Below, piece after piece: positions 1-8,881 of a stretch of DNA of 20,000 nt. The stretch is from Coniocarpon cinnabarinum (taxonomy: Eukaryota). The notes beneath the pieces were generated by a model. It ran no database searches, was not told where the DNA came from, and worked only from the letters and a program-made list of their open reading frames with translations. The first letter of the stretch is position 1, and each line of letters opens with the position of its first letter. The stretch spans positions 44,453 through 64,452 of the forward strand of contig JAVECO010000135.1 in NCBI GenBank assembly GCA_051942205.1, written 5' to 3'. Position numbers and translations under genes: made by a program.

Positions 1-139
1 CCAGCAGGTTTCCTGGGTGATGCCTCTGTTTGTTATGGATGCGGGAGGATCGCCGTGGTGAGTCAAACATTGCTCCATGCAGAGGAGCTGGCGGTGTCTG
101 CGCGCGCTCAGCGGGAGGTGTCTGGGTTTGTGTTGACAT
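1..139 (-). CDS. 5' end (46 codons, truncated by window edge) of a TP/SP-rich fungal protein; possibly Rum1/Sic1-like CDK inhibitor family
   Basis: Not in the ORF track. ATG at 139 on the minus strand opens a stop-free frame to the edge: MSTQTQTPPAERAQTPPAPLHGAMFDSPRRSSRIHNKQRHHPGNLL. The TPPAPLHG..D.SPRRSSR pattern resembles conserved Pezizomycotina hypothetical proteins (from recall, not searched). Confidence 0.65.
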   Translation of the reverse strand, partial: MSTQTQTPPAERAQTPPAPLHGAMFDSPRRSSRIHNKQRHHPGNLL

Positions 140-756
140 CGTCGATGTCGGGTGCAGCTCTGGGAGCTGCTGGCTCTGCTGAATAAATTGACGCCCGCAG
201 ACGAGTCGGTAGGAATGTCTCTACTCGATCCAATTTCGCGCGTAAAAAGTGGCTCCAAAATCTCGAGCTGATGTTGAGCTCTGAACACCGTCTTAATGCG
301 TCCAACATGCGCGGTTGGTGTCAAGGGTATCAGACATACAAATGCTGCAGCGACAAGAGGATAAGCTGATGTGCTTAGTATGAATACACAAAGCGCAAAG
401 TAAGACGTAAAGGATAGGGAAGCGAGGTCATGAAACTCCGTAAGTCCAAGTCAATAAGCGCTGGCAAGAAATGACGTGAAGTGGCTGGTGCGCGAATTGC
501 GCATGGCTGGGCAAGGGATGATTTCACGAAACTCCTATTTAGGCACCATCTTCCAACTACAGTGCTACACTAGATGCACGTCGCGCAAGTATCTGACTCC
601 TAGAGGCTCCACCATCCACGATCATCTGTGTAGCTGTCGGGACTGATGACCTGTAACAAGGCCAAGGCACTGAAAATTTGGGCCCGGTGCTTCACTTCTG
701 CTGCATCCCTGAATTTGCTCTGTTAGCGGTTCTTCTCTCTCCAATTGCACACAACA

Positions 757-2660
757 TCATATTGCAGAGGCCAACTCACCCTTGACTTTTACCCTGATTC
801 CCTGAGATCCATCCTTCGGAAAGCATGCCAAGCGTTCGCGATATGCTGCAACGTCCACAATGTCAGTGTCGTAGAGCTCCAGTTCCAGCTTTCTGTACAC
901 GTGCGCCATTGTGATATACAGCTCCGCCCAAGCAAGCCACATTCCTAGGCAATTGCGAGGCCCCCGTGAGAATGACACGAAGTATCTGTCGAGATCCGTG
1001 TTGGGCTTCAAGTCCTCTGAACCGGCCGCAGACTTCTCGCTTATGAGCCAGCGCATTGGGTTGAAGTCCTCTGGACCGTAGAAGATGTTTGGATCTGACA
1101 GGACACTGTAGAGAGTCATGCTAACAGGCGTTCCCGGTGGAAATTGCCAATCTTTATAGGTAATAGGGAAAGGGCTTCCGGTCAGACGCGAACCTCGAAA
1201 CGCTGTACTCCCACCCAAACGAATGCTCTCTTTTATGACTGCTGTGAGGAAGGGCAATCGTTCCAGCTGGTTTAACGTCGGTGTCGAGTCGATGTCCGGC
1301 ATGACAGTCAACAGCTCTTCTCGCAGCCGCGCGAGTAGGTGCGGACGCTTGAGGAGGTGCACAGTGGAGATGGAAAGTGCCCTGGATGTGGTCTCCGTCC
1401 CTGCCGACACGAAAGTGTGACCCTCCTGAACAAGACGTTCAATCGCTTTGTCAGCGGATGGCAGCTTGCTATCCAGCATTTGATCGAACACCGTTTCGTT
1501 GTAGCTGATTGCACCTTTATCTGTCCTTTCGATGGATATTTCTTCAAGGTCATCAGAGGCGTTAGACATTGGATACTTTCCGTGGCTCTGTTTGGAAGCA
1601 ACAATCTTTTTTACTTGATCGCGGCACAGTTGCTATTGTCCCGTGAAGTCAGCGACCCGCTGATAGGTCCGAGACTAGCATCGGAGGCATCCTCACTTAC
1701 CTGTATGTTAAGCATGCCATTAAGGTGGGGTGCTATGTATCTAACCATCCAAACCTATCAATCGTTCTTAGACCCAGTGTTCTGCCAAACATGTTGGAGC
1801 AGCATGTTTAAACTCACTGGAAGAGCGTCCATAATTGGAAGCATCCATGGCACTTGTCGATTCAGGGCACCTGACGCAAGCATCTTTTTAACATCTTCTC
1901 TAAATTTCCTGTCAAATCCAGGTACATCTAGAAGGACTGTCAGCTTCGACACAGAGGCAGGCCAAGACTGCTCTCTTACCCAGGGAATCACAGCTCACGC
2001 CGAAGCAGTATTGGGAGATGATGTCAAGAGTAAGACAAGTGTATGCCGCATCTATTGACACAACTTCGCCATTTTTGGCGTAGGGTATGAGTCTTTCGCA
2101 CATCTTCAGGACCTTCTCCTGAATGACTGGAGCTCTTGACGCAATCGATGCCTTTGAAAAGAATTTACTGACAGCCGCGCGACGAGGTCTATGTAAATTA
2201 GACTGCCAGCTCCCAAAAGTTGACAGTGGCACCCCGAGGGATTTAGAGCCCAATGGATCTCGATCGTGTCGTGGCAGATAAAGCTTATCGACAAATTCAG
2301 AGTCTTCGATATGGACTTCTCGAGGATTAACTCGAACGACGGGGCCTAGCATCGAGCATTAGATTTCTGGATGCAAGTACGATGACAAGATGGATGAGAT
2401 GATTGTCATCGCGGTTGATTCTTACCGTATTTTTTGTGCATCTCTTGGATTTTCCACGGATACCGCCCATCTTTCACAAGGTCATAATAGGCTTCATAGA
2501 AGCCCGTAGCGGCGGCTAGCTTAGGACCTGGGATGTTGGAAAGCTTGCTGAAGTAGATACGGTATACATATAGCGCAACAGTGTAGACAAGCAGAGCAGA
2601 GACCACTTGCCCCAGATAGAGAGACCACAGTGAGCTCATCTTGCTTACGTTAATGGACAT
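757..2660 (-). CDS. Cytochrome P450 monooxygenase (trichodiene-oxygenase-like / CYP58-type appearance), 5 exons, 546 aa
   Basis: Exons 2660-2426, 2345-1980, 1927-1818, 1754-1701, 1632-757; four GT-AG introns (80, 52, 63, 68 nt) with CTAAT/CTGAC/CTAAG branch sites; spliced frame is continuous. Motifs: N-terminal TM anchor, PGP hinge, [10 protein letters not shown]-helix AGTETT, K-helix ESIR, FNPMRW (PERF equivalent), heme motif [10 protein letters not shown]. Family assignment is from motif resemblance only. Confidence 0.95.
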
Positions 2661-2743
2661 TCTCGAAAACAGGGTGGTTTGCGTCTCTGTCAGTGAGGCT
2701 CAGAGATCAATTTGAAAGTCGCAAGAGGAACGAGAAAGAGCCA

Positions 2744-2779
2744 AAGCCGTCGGCTTAAAAGCAAAGCGAGGGCCGCGGA
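2744..2779. promoter_or_regulatory. Candidate Zn2Cys6-type sites upstream of the P450
   Basis: Palindrome AAGCCG-T-CGGCTT at 2744-2756 and CCGCGGA at 2773-2779 (7/8 match to the PDRE TCCGCGGA), 84-119 nt upstream of the P450 ATG. Confidence 0.3.
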
Positions 2780-3429
2780 GAGAAATGCATGACCCAGAGC
2801 GGAGGCTCAACATGACCGCCGCGTTCCAACACCTGCGCACTCATGCACCGTGTTACGATACAGCGAATGACCTGTGTCGAGGCGGTGAGGCAGACCACGG
2901 CTCCACGGCCAGGCGAGGTTATGCAGTGCGAGGCTGGAGCTGTCTAGTGTACGATATCAAAGACATGTAGGACCTCGTGTAATCAAAAGCCGCCCTCAAC
3001 CTTGATCTGGACATTTTTCAGCGTCTTGCAGCTGCTTGCTCAAGGGATTCAACCAACCATACTGCACAAGAAACGTGTGGGGGATCAGGCGCCAAGCCCA
3101 CCGGCATGCAGCAAGGGTCTCATAATGCAACGGTGCGTATACCTCCTGCATGGGCGTCACCTGTGAAAGAATTCACCGATGGATAGTGAGGGGCTTGCCA
3201 GGATGCGGTCACATGGGTCTGCGTTCTTGCACCAGCAGTCGATTGAGCCTTGTAGATAACGCGTGTACACTGCGGGGCAATTGCGGCTTCTCTTCGACCA
3301 TTGCCACTTGATCTTCCTCAAACGACCTTGCTGACAAAAAGCACTCATAATTAGTGTGTGCCTTGCATAGTTAATGCATATTCTGCATAACTGACGTATT
3401 CTTTTCATAATTAATGTCTGCGTTAAGAC

Positions 3430-5145
3430 TTAACGGAAATACTGTATAGCTTCGTATAGAGTGAAGATGCCGAATCCGATGAAGATAAAACCTCCGCCAA
3501 GCGTCACTAGCAGGGTTAGCTCTGGCTTTTCAATATGAAGCTGTCCACATACCTGTTCGCATGCTTATCCGTCCGGCAAGCGCACTGCCTCCGAGAACCG
3601 CCCCCGCTGTGCAGACGCAGTGGCCCAAGGTTGCACCCACCATGATCCAGTAATACTCTTGCCCTGCTGCCATGGCGACGGTCGCGATCTGACTGCGGTC
3701 TCCAAGCTCGCCGACGAATGTCATCGAGAAGGTCTCAACCCAGGCAGGGCTAAGCAGCAAGGTCAGAAGATTCTTGATCCCGGCAACGCCAGACGTAATT
3801 GTGGGCCGACTCCGCGACGGAGACGGCGACGTAGAGGGGCTACGCTTCAGGGGTGTCATACGCGATCTCGATCTCGACCTTTCTATTCGACCGGACTCGA
3901 GCACAGCAGGCGAGAGCGACGACACTCGTGTATGTCCGTTCGCTCTAGCCATGTCAAGCTCCTTTTCTTCCAGTTCTGCCTGCACTTCGCGTATTTCTTC
4001 ACTGGCGCCCTGGTTAGGATCCATCGCTGCTCCTTCTCGAAGAGATTTGGCGCCGAATGCCAGGAATAAAGCTGCAGCCAACAATGCTGACCACTTCTTT
4101 GATATGATAGCGCCCACGGCGTGCCCTGTAATGCCAGACAAAATTGTCATGACGAAGAGGGCAGCGAAAGCTGCAGTGAACACTTGTATTCGTGGGTGTC
4201 GCATGGCCATGAGCGCCGCTACAATGAATGTCTTGTCTCCGATTTCGGTAGCGGTAATCGACGTGAAGGATCCGAAGAGGGAGTCCCAACGGATCAGGTC
4301 GTGGACGCCGTCTTCTTCGTCGGAGTCGCTCTCCTCTTTTATTTGCAGAGCCTCACCTGAATGGGTGGTCGTAGGTTTATCCAGAGCCAATTCGTCATCG
4401 TGATCCGAGGGAGAGCCGGAGAGAGGATATTTATGGGGTTGGTCGCTGAGACCCTCTGGCTTCTGAGACAAGACAGTCAGCATCAAGAAAGTCTCCCGTC
4501 ATAATCTCAGTATTCACATACTTCAACTGAAAGAGCGCCCTTGGCTGTCTCGTCATTTTCAGCAGGCTTCGCGGAAAATTTGTCGCCGAGCTTTGTGGAT
4601 TGCTGCGAGTCCGAGTCGAGATCTTCCTCTTTATGGGAGACAGCGTCGCTGTCCTTGGGAGACTCGGGCCGCTGGATTTGTTTTCTTCCAGTCACTTTCT
4701 CGTGAGCTTCCTTGCTTTTACTCTTCTCCGTGACACCACCATCAGTGCCCGTGGTACCTTTCTTGGGTGTTTCCCTATTCCGATCACTCATAACCCCGTC
4801 ATCATTGGAGCTCTTCTCCTTTCGCATGGACTTGCTCATAGCATGTTTTAAAGGCTCGTCACTGTCCAGGGGCTCGACGAACGGGCCTGCATGTGGCTTT
4901 CCGTCTTTTCCGTCCACTGGAGCATCTCGGGTGCCTCTGTCCTGCTTCTTCTCTGCAACCGAGCCTGATAGCTCATCTGACGGCGAGGACTTCTTGTAAA
5001 GTTGTTGAAGGGCAGGGTCATCATCGAGGCGTTTGTAAAGCTGGTGCTTTTGTGACTCGGAGGCATAATCTGCTGCCAGAGAAAACCATGCGAAAAATAG
5101 TACGAGGACAATGAATATCCGCCATGGTCGGGTTGATGGCTTCAT
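3430..5145 (-). CDS. GDT1: GDT1/TMEM165 (UPF0016) family Ca2+/Mn2+:H+ antiporter, 3 exons, about 536 aa
   Basis: Exons 5145-4522, 4462-3553, 3506-3430; introns of 59 and 46 nt (GTATGT...CTGAC/CTAAC...AG). Both family signature motifs are present (EIGDKT, ELGDRSQ), with hydrophobic TM segments, N-terminal signal peptide and last exon VTLGGGFIFIGFGIFTLYEAIQYFR*. An alternative in-frame ATG lies at 5166. Confidence 0.95.
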
Positions 5146-5530
5146 TCGTGTCGTTAAGACAGACATGCACACATCGATATGTGAGGTGGACGAGCAAGGA
5201 AAGAGACAATGTGTAAAGGCTACTGCTCTGCTGGGCTGGCAAGACCAAAGTTAATGACCGACTGGGGCACCCTGAGGCTGTTCGGCTGTTCTTGGGCTGA
5301 CTTTAGGATGAATGCGCGCAGGGATATCGAACGCTAGCACTCAATTTGGCGTAGCTCGAAGACCTGATATAAGAGGCACAAAGATGGCGTAACTTGGCGG
5401 GCCTGTTGTTGTTTGCCTCTCAATTGAACACCACATCCTCCCCCTTCTTCCACTACATCCCTCTCAATCCGTTCATCTCCTTAGCTCTTGATCTCAGAAG
5501 CTTTAGAAACTAAACCCTTAGGCTGGTTTC
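5146..5530. promoter_or_regulatory. Short (385 bp) divergent promoter region shared by GDT1 and the Myb gene
   Basis: Head-to-head ATGs at 5145 (-) and 5531 (+); pyrimidine-rich tract at about 5430-5490 typical of fungal core promoters/5' UTRs. Confidence 0.55.
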
Positions 5531-6646
5531 ATGGCTCAGGTGCAAGGTCGAACAACCCGCTCTCGTTCTAAAGACGTAGATCCAAATCGCACAAGCGCTA
5601 TGAAGAAGGCACAACAACCGCGCCGAGGAAGAAGCGCCAGCGTTGAACAGAACGGACAGGAACTTGTACAGCAGGCAGCGCAGCAATTCGACCCGGCGGC
5701 TCTTCCAACCGTTGCAGAAGACGATGAAGCTTTGTTTACGTCGCTCCACAACGCTGCTCAACAGGGCGATGTGGACTCTCAACCGGTCCCTTTTGATCAC
5801 ACCTCGGCTGAAACTGTCAGACAATTTAAGAACCTCAAATCACAGAAAATGCCCCAAAATCGGCAACAAGTGCCCGCTGCAAGTGCACCAACTGCTGTCA
5901 TGACAAACGACCAAGCCCAGCACCTTGCCCAAGTGGTCGTTCTCGATCCACGATTAAATCCAAATCCGTCCATAATGGACAGGCAGCCGGATGCTTCTCG
6001 TGTAACCTTTGCCGACTCCCAGCCATCCCAATTGGAAGCACTTGCTGAGGAGCAAAACATTCATGAAGCTCCAACCCAAGACGATGGCTTTCAAGAACCT
6101 GAGATCGATGCTGCCCCTGTCAAAACTAAGAAAAAGCCTAGCCGTAAAACACGAGCCGTTGATCCCCCGTCGGAGGAGTATCAACCGTCCGAGCCGCTGG
6201 GCACCCCTCCACCCACCAATTACTCAGAGGTGCAGCAACAAGCAAAGCTGTTTACCGCCGGTCTCCGCCGCGAAAACAGGGTTCCTCAAAAACGCAAGGC
6301 ATGGTCCAGTGAAGAATGTGATGCCTTGATCGATGGCATCGGTCATTATGGCACTGCTTACGCTTCTTTGAAAGGCGACGACGCGAAACATCGTGACTTT
6401 TTGCATGACCGCTCCGCCGAAGATTTGAGACACAAGGCGAGGAACATGAAATTCGACTACCTGAAAGCTGGCGTGACGCTTCCTGAGGGCTTCGAGCAGG
6501 TCCTTCTTGACAAGAAATTCCAAGAGAAGCTGGCGGCAATGGGACGCGAGTACAGTCAGGAGCAGAGGCGACAGTCGAAACGTCCGAAGGTGGTGATTGC
6601 CGCCAGTCCAGAGAATGGTGAGCCGAACGACATGAGTCAGCAGTGA
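5531..6646 (+). CDS. Single Myb/SANT (Tbf1/TRF telobox-like) domain protein, 371 aa, intronless
   Basis: Low-complexity Q/A/P/E-rich N-terminus with basic clusters (PRRGRS, KTKKKPSRK). C-terminal domain KRKAWSSEECDALIDGIGHYGTAYASL...RSAEDLRHKARNMKFDYLKAGVTLPEGF matches the Tbf1-type pattern W..EE..L..G....G..W..I...R....LKDKARN.K..YLK.G..LP. Confidence 0.85.
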   Translation: MAQVQGRTTRSRSKDVDPNRTSAMKKAQQPRRGRSASVEQNGQELVQQAAQQFDPAALPTVAEDDEALFTSLHNAAQQGDVDSQPVPFDHTSAETVRQFKNLKSQKMPQNRQQVPAASAPTAVMTNDQAQHLAQVVVLDPRLNPNPSIMDRQPDASRVTFADSQPSQLEALAEEQNIHEAPTQDDGFQEPEIDAAPVKTKKKPSRKTRAVDPPSEEYQPSEPLGTPPPTNYSEVQQQAKLFTAGLRRENRVPQKRKAWSSEECDALIDGIGHYGTAYASLKGDDAKHRDFLHDRSAEDLRHKARNMKFDYLKAGVTLPEGFEQVLLDKKFQEKLAAMGREYSQEQRRQSKRPKVVIAASPENGEPNDMSQQ

Positions 6647-6931
6647 GGTCTTTCCTTAGGCTCACGTTCGACGCGTTGTCTTCTGTGCAACGGACTCGAG
6701 TGATTTGACGAGCTCTGAGACCGTTCGTATGCGGGTGCTCGTCATCTACAGCCTACATTCGCCTACAGTGGACCGCGAGTGGCGGCATTTAGAGGAGGCG
6801 TTGTTCTGGGATGCAGAGCGGTCAAATGGGGGCATGACCAACTTTCCATCTGTTCACAAAGCCTCTGGAAGTCGATTGCAAGACTCAATGTCTGCTATCG
6901 ATGTCCAGAGGCGATTTTTTTCACAGTATTT

Positions 6932-6984
6932 GGGTTAGGGTGTATCCCTAAAGATGATGCGAAGTTAGGTGACCTTGACCCTAA
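6932..6984. repeat. Cluster of telomere-type hexamers in the convergent intergenic region
   Basis: GGGTTAGGG (6932-6940), CCCTAA (6946-6951), TTAGGT (6965-6970), CCCTAA (6979-6984), arranged as two inverted pairs. Confidence 0.55.
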
Positions 6985-7425
6985 TGCGAGTGGCGAAAAA
7001 GAGTGCGCACAACACGACGCGGTATCGTGTATCTCTTTCAAGGCGTATGGATATGACTGTTATTCAGAACTACAAGATAGCCTCATTCAGTGGATGTCTC
7101 GGTCCATCATGACTTGGTTCTTCACCTGGATTTGTTTGCGTCAACGTCTATCTTTGTAGATGCTGCCATAAGATTCTCGGCTTGGCCTGAACACCTCCTA
7201 CCGCTCGACGAACTTTACAAGACGACTTCACCTCTGGTGCTGAGCTATCGTTCTTCTTGATTCCCTTTGCGTATGAATTTCAAGCACAGCTTCAATCTGA
7301 CTCCAAAGATGTCTTGCCTCGTATTTTAAGGCTAAACACTTACACCAGAACCTGGCTCTAATATCATACCTCACGCGTAGCGAGCTCTTGATTCCCAGTA
7401 ATCTATGCAAAACAGGACGATACCA

Positions 7426-8881
7426 TCACAGTGCCTCATCCGGCACAGCAGCTCTTTCAGAGCTCAACCACCGCTTCAATCCTCCAACCTCTTCCGTCTC
7501 AAAGCTATTCCTCCTTCCCCAATTCTTCGGCTGTCTCTTCAGAAACGCGCCCACCGCTCCCAGATACCCCTCATGCCTCAGGAAATACGCCTGCTTCTCT
7601 CCATTGCTCCAAAAGTCGATAGCAAAGCTCAGCGTATTCATCGTCTGCCTGTGACCTCGAATGAAGCTGCCCCCAAAATAGATATTCTCCAAGTTGTGTT
7701 TGCAGCTTTGTAAATACGCGATCTGACCGATGTTGTAGGACACGGCGTACAGCAGCGAGCGGGACACGTCCTCCGGCCGGAACGACCTGGCAGCGTGTTC
7801 GTCGCCGGCTGTGCTCGAATTATCGCCGTTCGCAAGCCAGCCGCCGTCTTCGGCTTCGCGCTCGGCCTCCTTCTTCATCCTGTAGACTTTGCCGAAGCTG
7901 CTCGCGATCATGTCGCTGCGCATGCCCAGCTTGGTGTAGCCGGTACCGTAGATGTCGCCGACGAGCATGTCGACGGCGGTGTTGTTGCCCTTGGCGGCGA
8001 GGGCCAGCATGTCGTCGAAGCTGCGGGCGCCGGTGATGAGGGAGAGGAGGCCCCAGAGGGTACCGCCGCCGAGGGAGGTGCCGCCGATGCGCTGATAGTC
8101 GTGGGGCCCCGAAACTTTGATCATGGACACGCCGGAGCCGATGTTGACGAGGAGATAGGGGTATATTTGTGAGGGTAGTCTAGCGGGGAGGAAGGACATG
8201 GGGTTCGGATCTATCTCGTTGACGTGGGGTGGTTTGGATGTGTAGGTGAAGATTTCGGACGGGATTTCGGTGATGAAGAAGTCGAGGCCTGCAGGAACGC
8301 TGTTAGCGACGCTGAACACACCGGAGGATCGCATCTTCTCACCCATTATCAGGCAGGCCATTTCATCCTCGCGCTTGACTTCAACGCCCAGCGCTTCGCG
8401 AATCTTGTCATAGTACTTGAAAGCTCCGCCGCCAGTCGCCATGACGCAGAGGTCTTTCGGCTTTGTACCATTGAGGCGATGTCGCTGTTGCAGTCTGTGC
8501 ATCAACTGAATACATTGCTCAAAGTCTTGTGTCTCGACTTTGACAAAGTTCAAACGCCCTCCCAGCTGTTCATTATCCGGTTCGGGACTGAAGTAGACGA
8601 GCTTGGCCAGCGACCCACCAATCTGCCATTGCAAGTCAGCGGCGCAGGACCGTTGCGACAACGCGCCTTACATCGACAGCAATATGGCTGACAGCAGCCT
8701 TGTGGTTCGGGAGGCGGATGTCTCGATTGTCATGTTTGTACTCTACACCGTCGGCAGCTTCAATTATCGGGCTTTCGGAGGGTTCCTGGTCGACAATAAA
8801 GGCACCCTGGACATTGATCTTGATGGCGCCGGGATGATTGAGAGCATCCTGTGGTATCTCATCTTGGTCGTCGGCCGGCAT
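7426..8881 (-). CDS. CAB1: Type II (eukaryotic, fumble family) pantothenate kinase, 3 exons, 450 aa
   Basis: Exons 8881-8672, 8622-8343, 8288-7426; introns of 49 and 54 nt. Motifs AVD|IGGSLAKLVYF, ATGGGAFK, EDEM.CL..GL.F, YPYLLVNIGSGVS, GGTSLGGGT, DMLVGDIYG, ASSFGK, YFGGSFIRGH, FLRHEGYLGAVGA. Confidence 0.97.

Noticed and set aside
108..308. 66-aa minus-strand ORF in the track
   Set aside because: No recognisable features; the overlapping frame starting at ATG 139 is the more protein-like reading.
644..712. Possible C/D box snoRNA (TGATGA 644-649, CTGA 670-673 and 709-712)
   Set aside because: No purine before box C, no convincing terminal stem, and no rRNA or snRNA complementarity that I could recognise; a snoscan/Infernal run would settle it.
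1339..2058. 239-aa plus-strand ORF antisense to the P450
   Set aside because: GTG start, no motifs, lies opposite a well-supported spliced gene; most likely a shadow ORF.
3340..3420. AT-rich patch with TCATAATTA twice and an imperfect inverted repeat
   Set aside because: Lies directly after the GDT1 stop and fits an ordinary 3'-end/polyadenylation region; too short to be a RIP-degraded transposon.
3620..4403. Long plus-strand ORFs antisense to GDT1, and similar ones opposite panK, TOF1 and BPL1
   Set aside because: Explained by codon bias of the sense genes; no independent coding signal.
6932..6940. CCCTAACCC (minus strand) as a telomerase RNA template
   Set aside because: The intergenic gap is only 779 bp, filamentous ascomycete telomerase RNAs are typically well over 1 kb, and I see no pseudoknot or CR4/5-like element.
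7064..7110. Minus-strand C/D-like arrangement ATGATGG...CTGA.TGAGG...CTGA
   Set aside because: Only 47 nt, imperfect box C, no terminal stem and no recognisable guide target.
6705..7410. Short ORFs between the Myb gene and panK (6705-6938, 6779-7159, 7228-7410)
   Set aside because: No domain-like features or coherent splice structure, and they begin at non-ATG codons as listed; probably UTR/terminator sequence.
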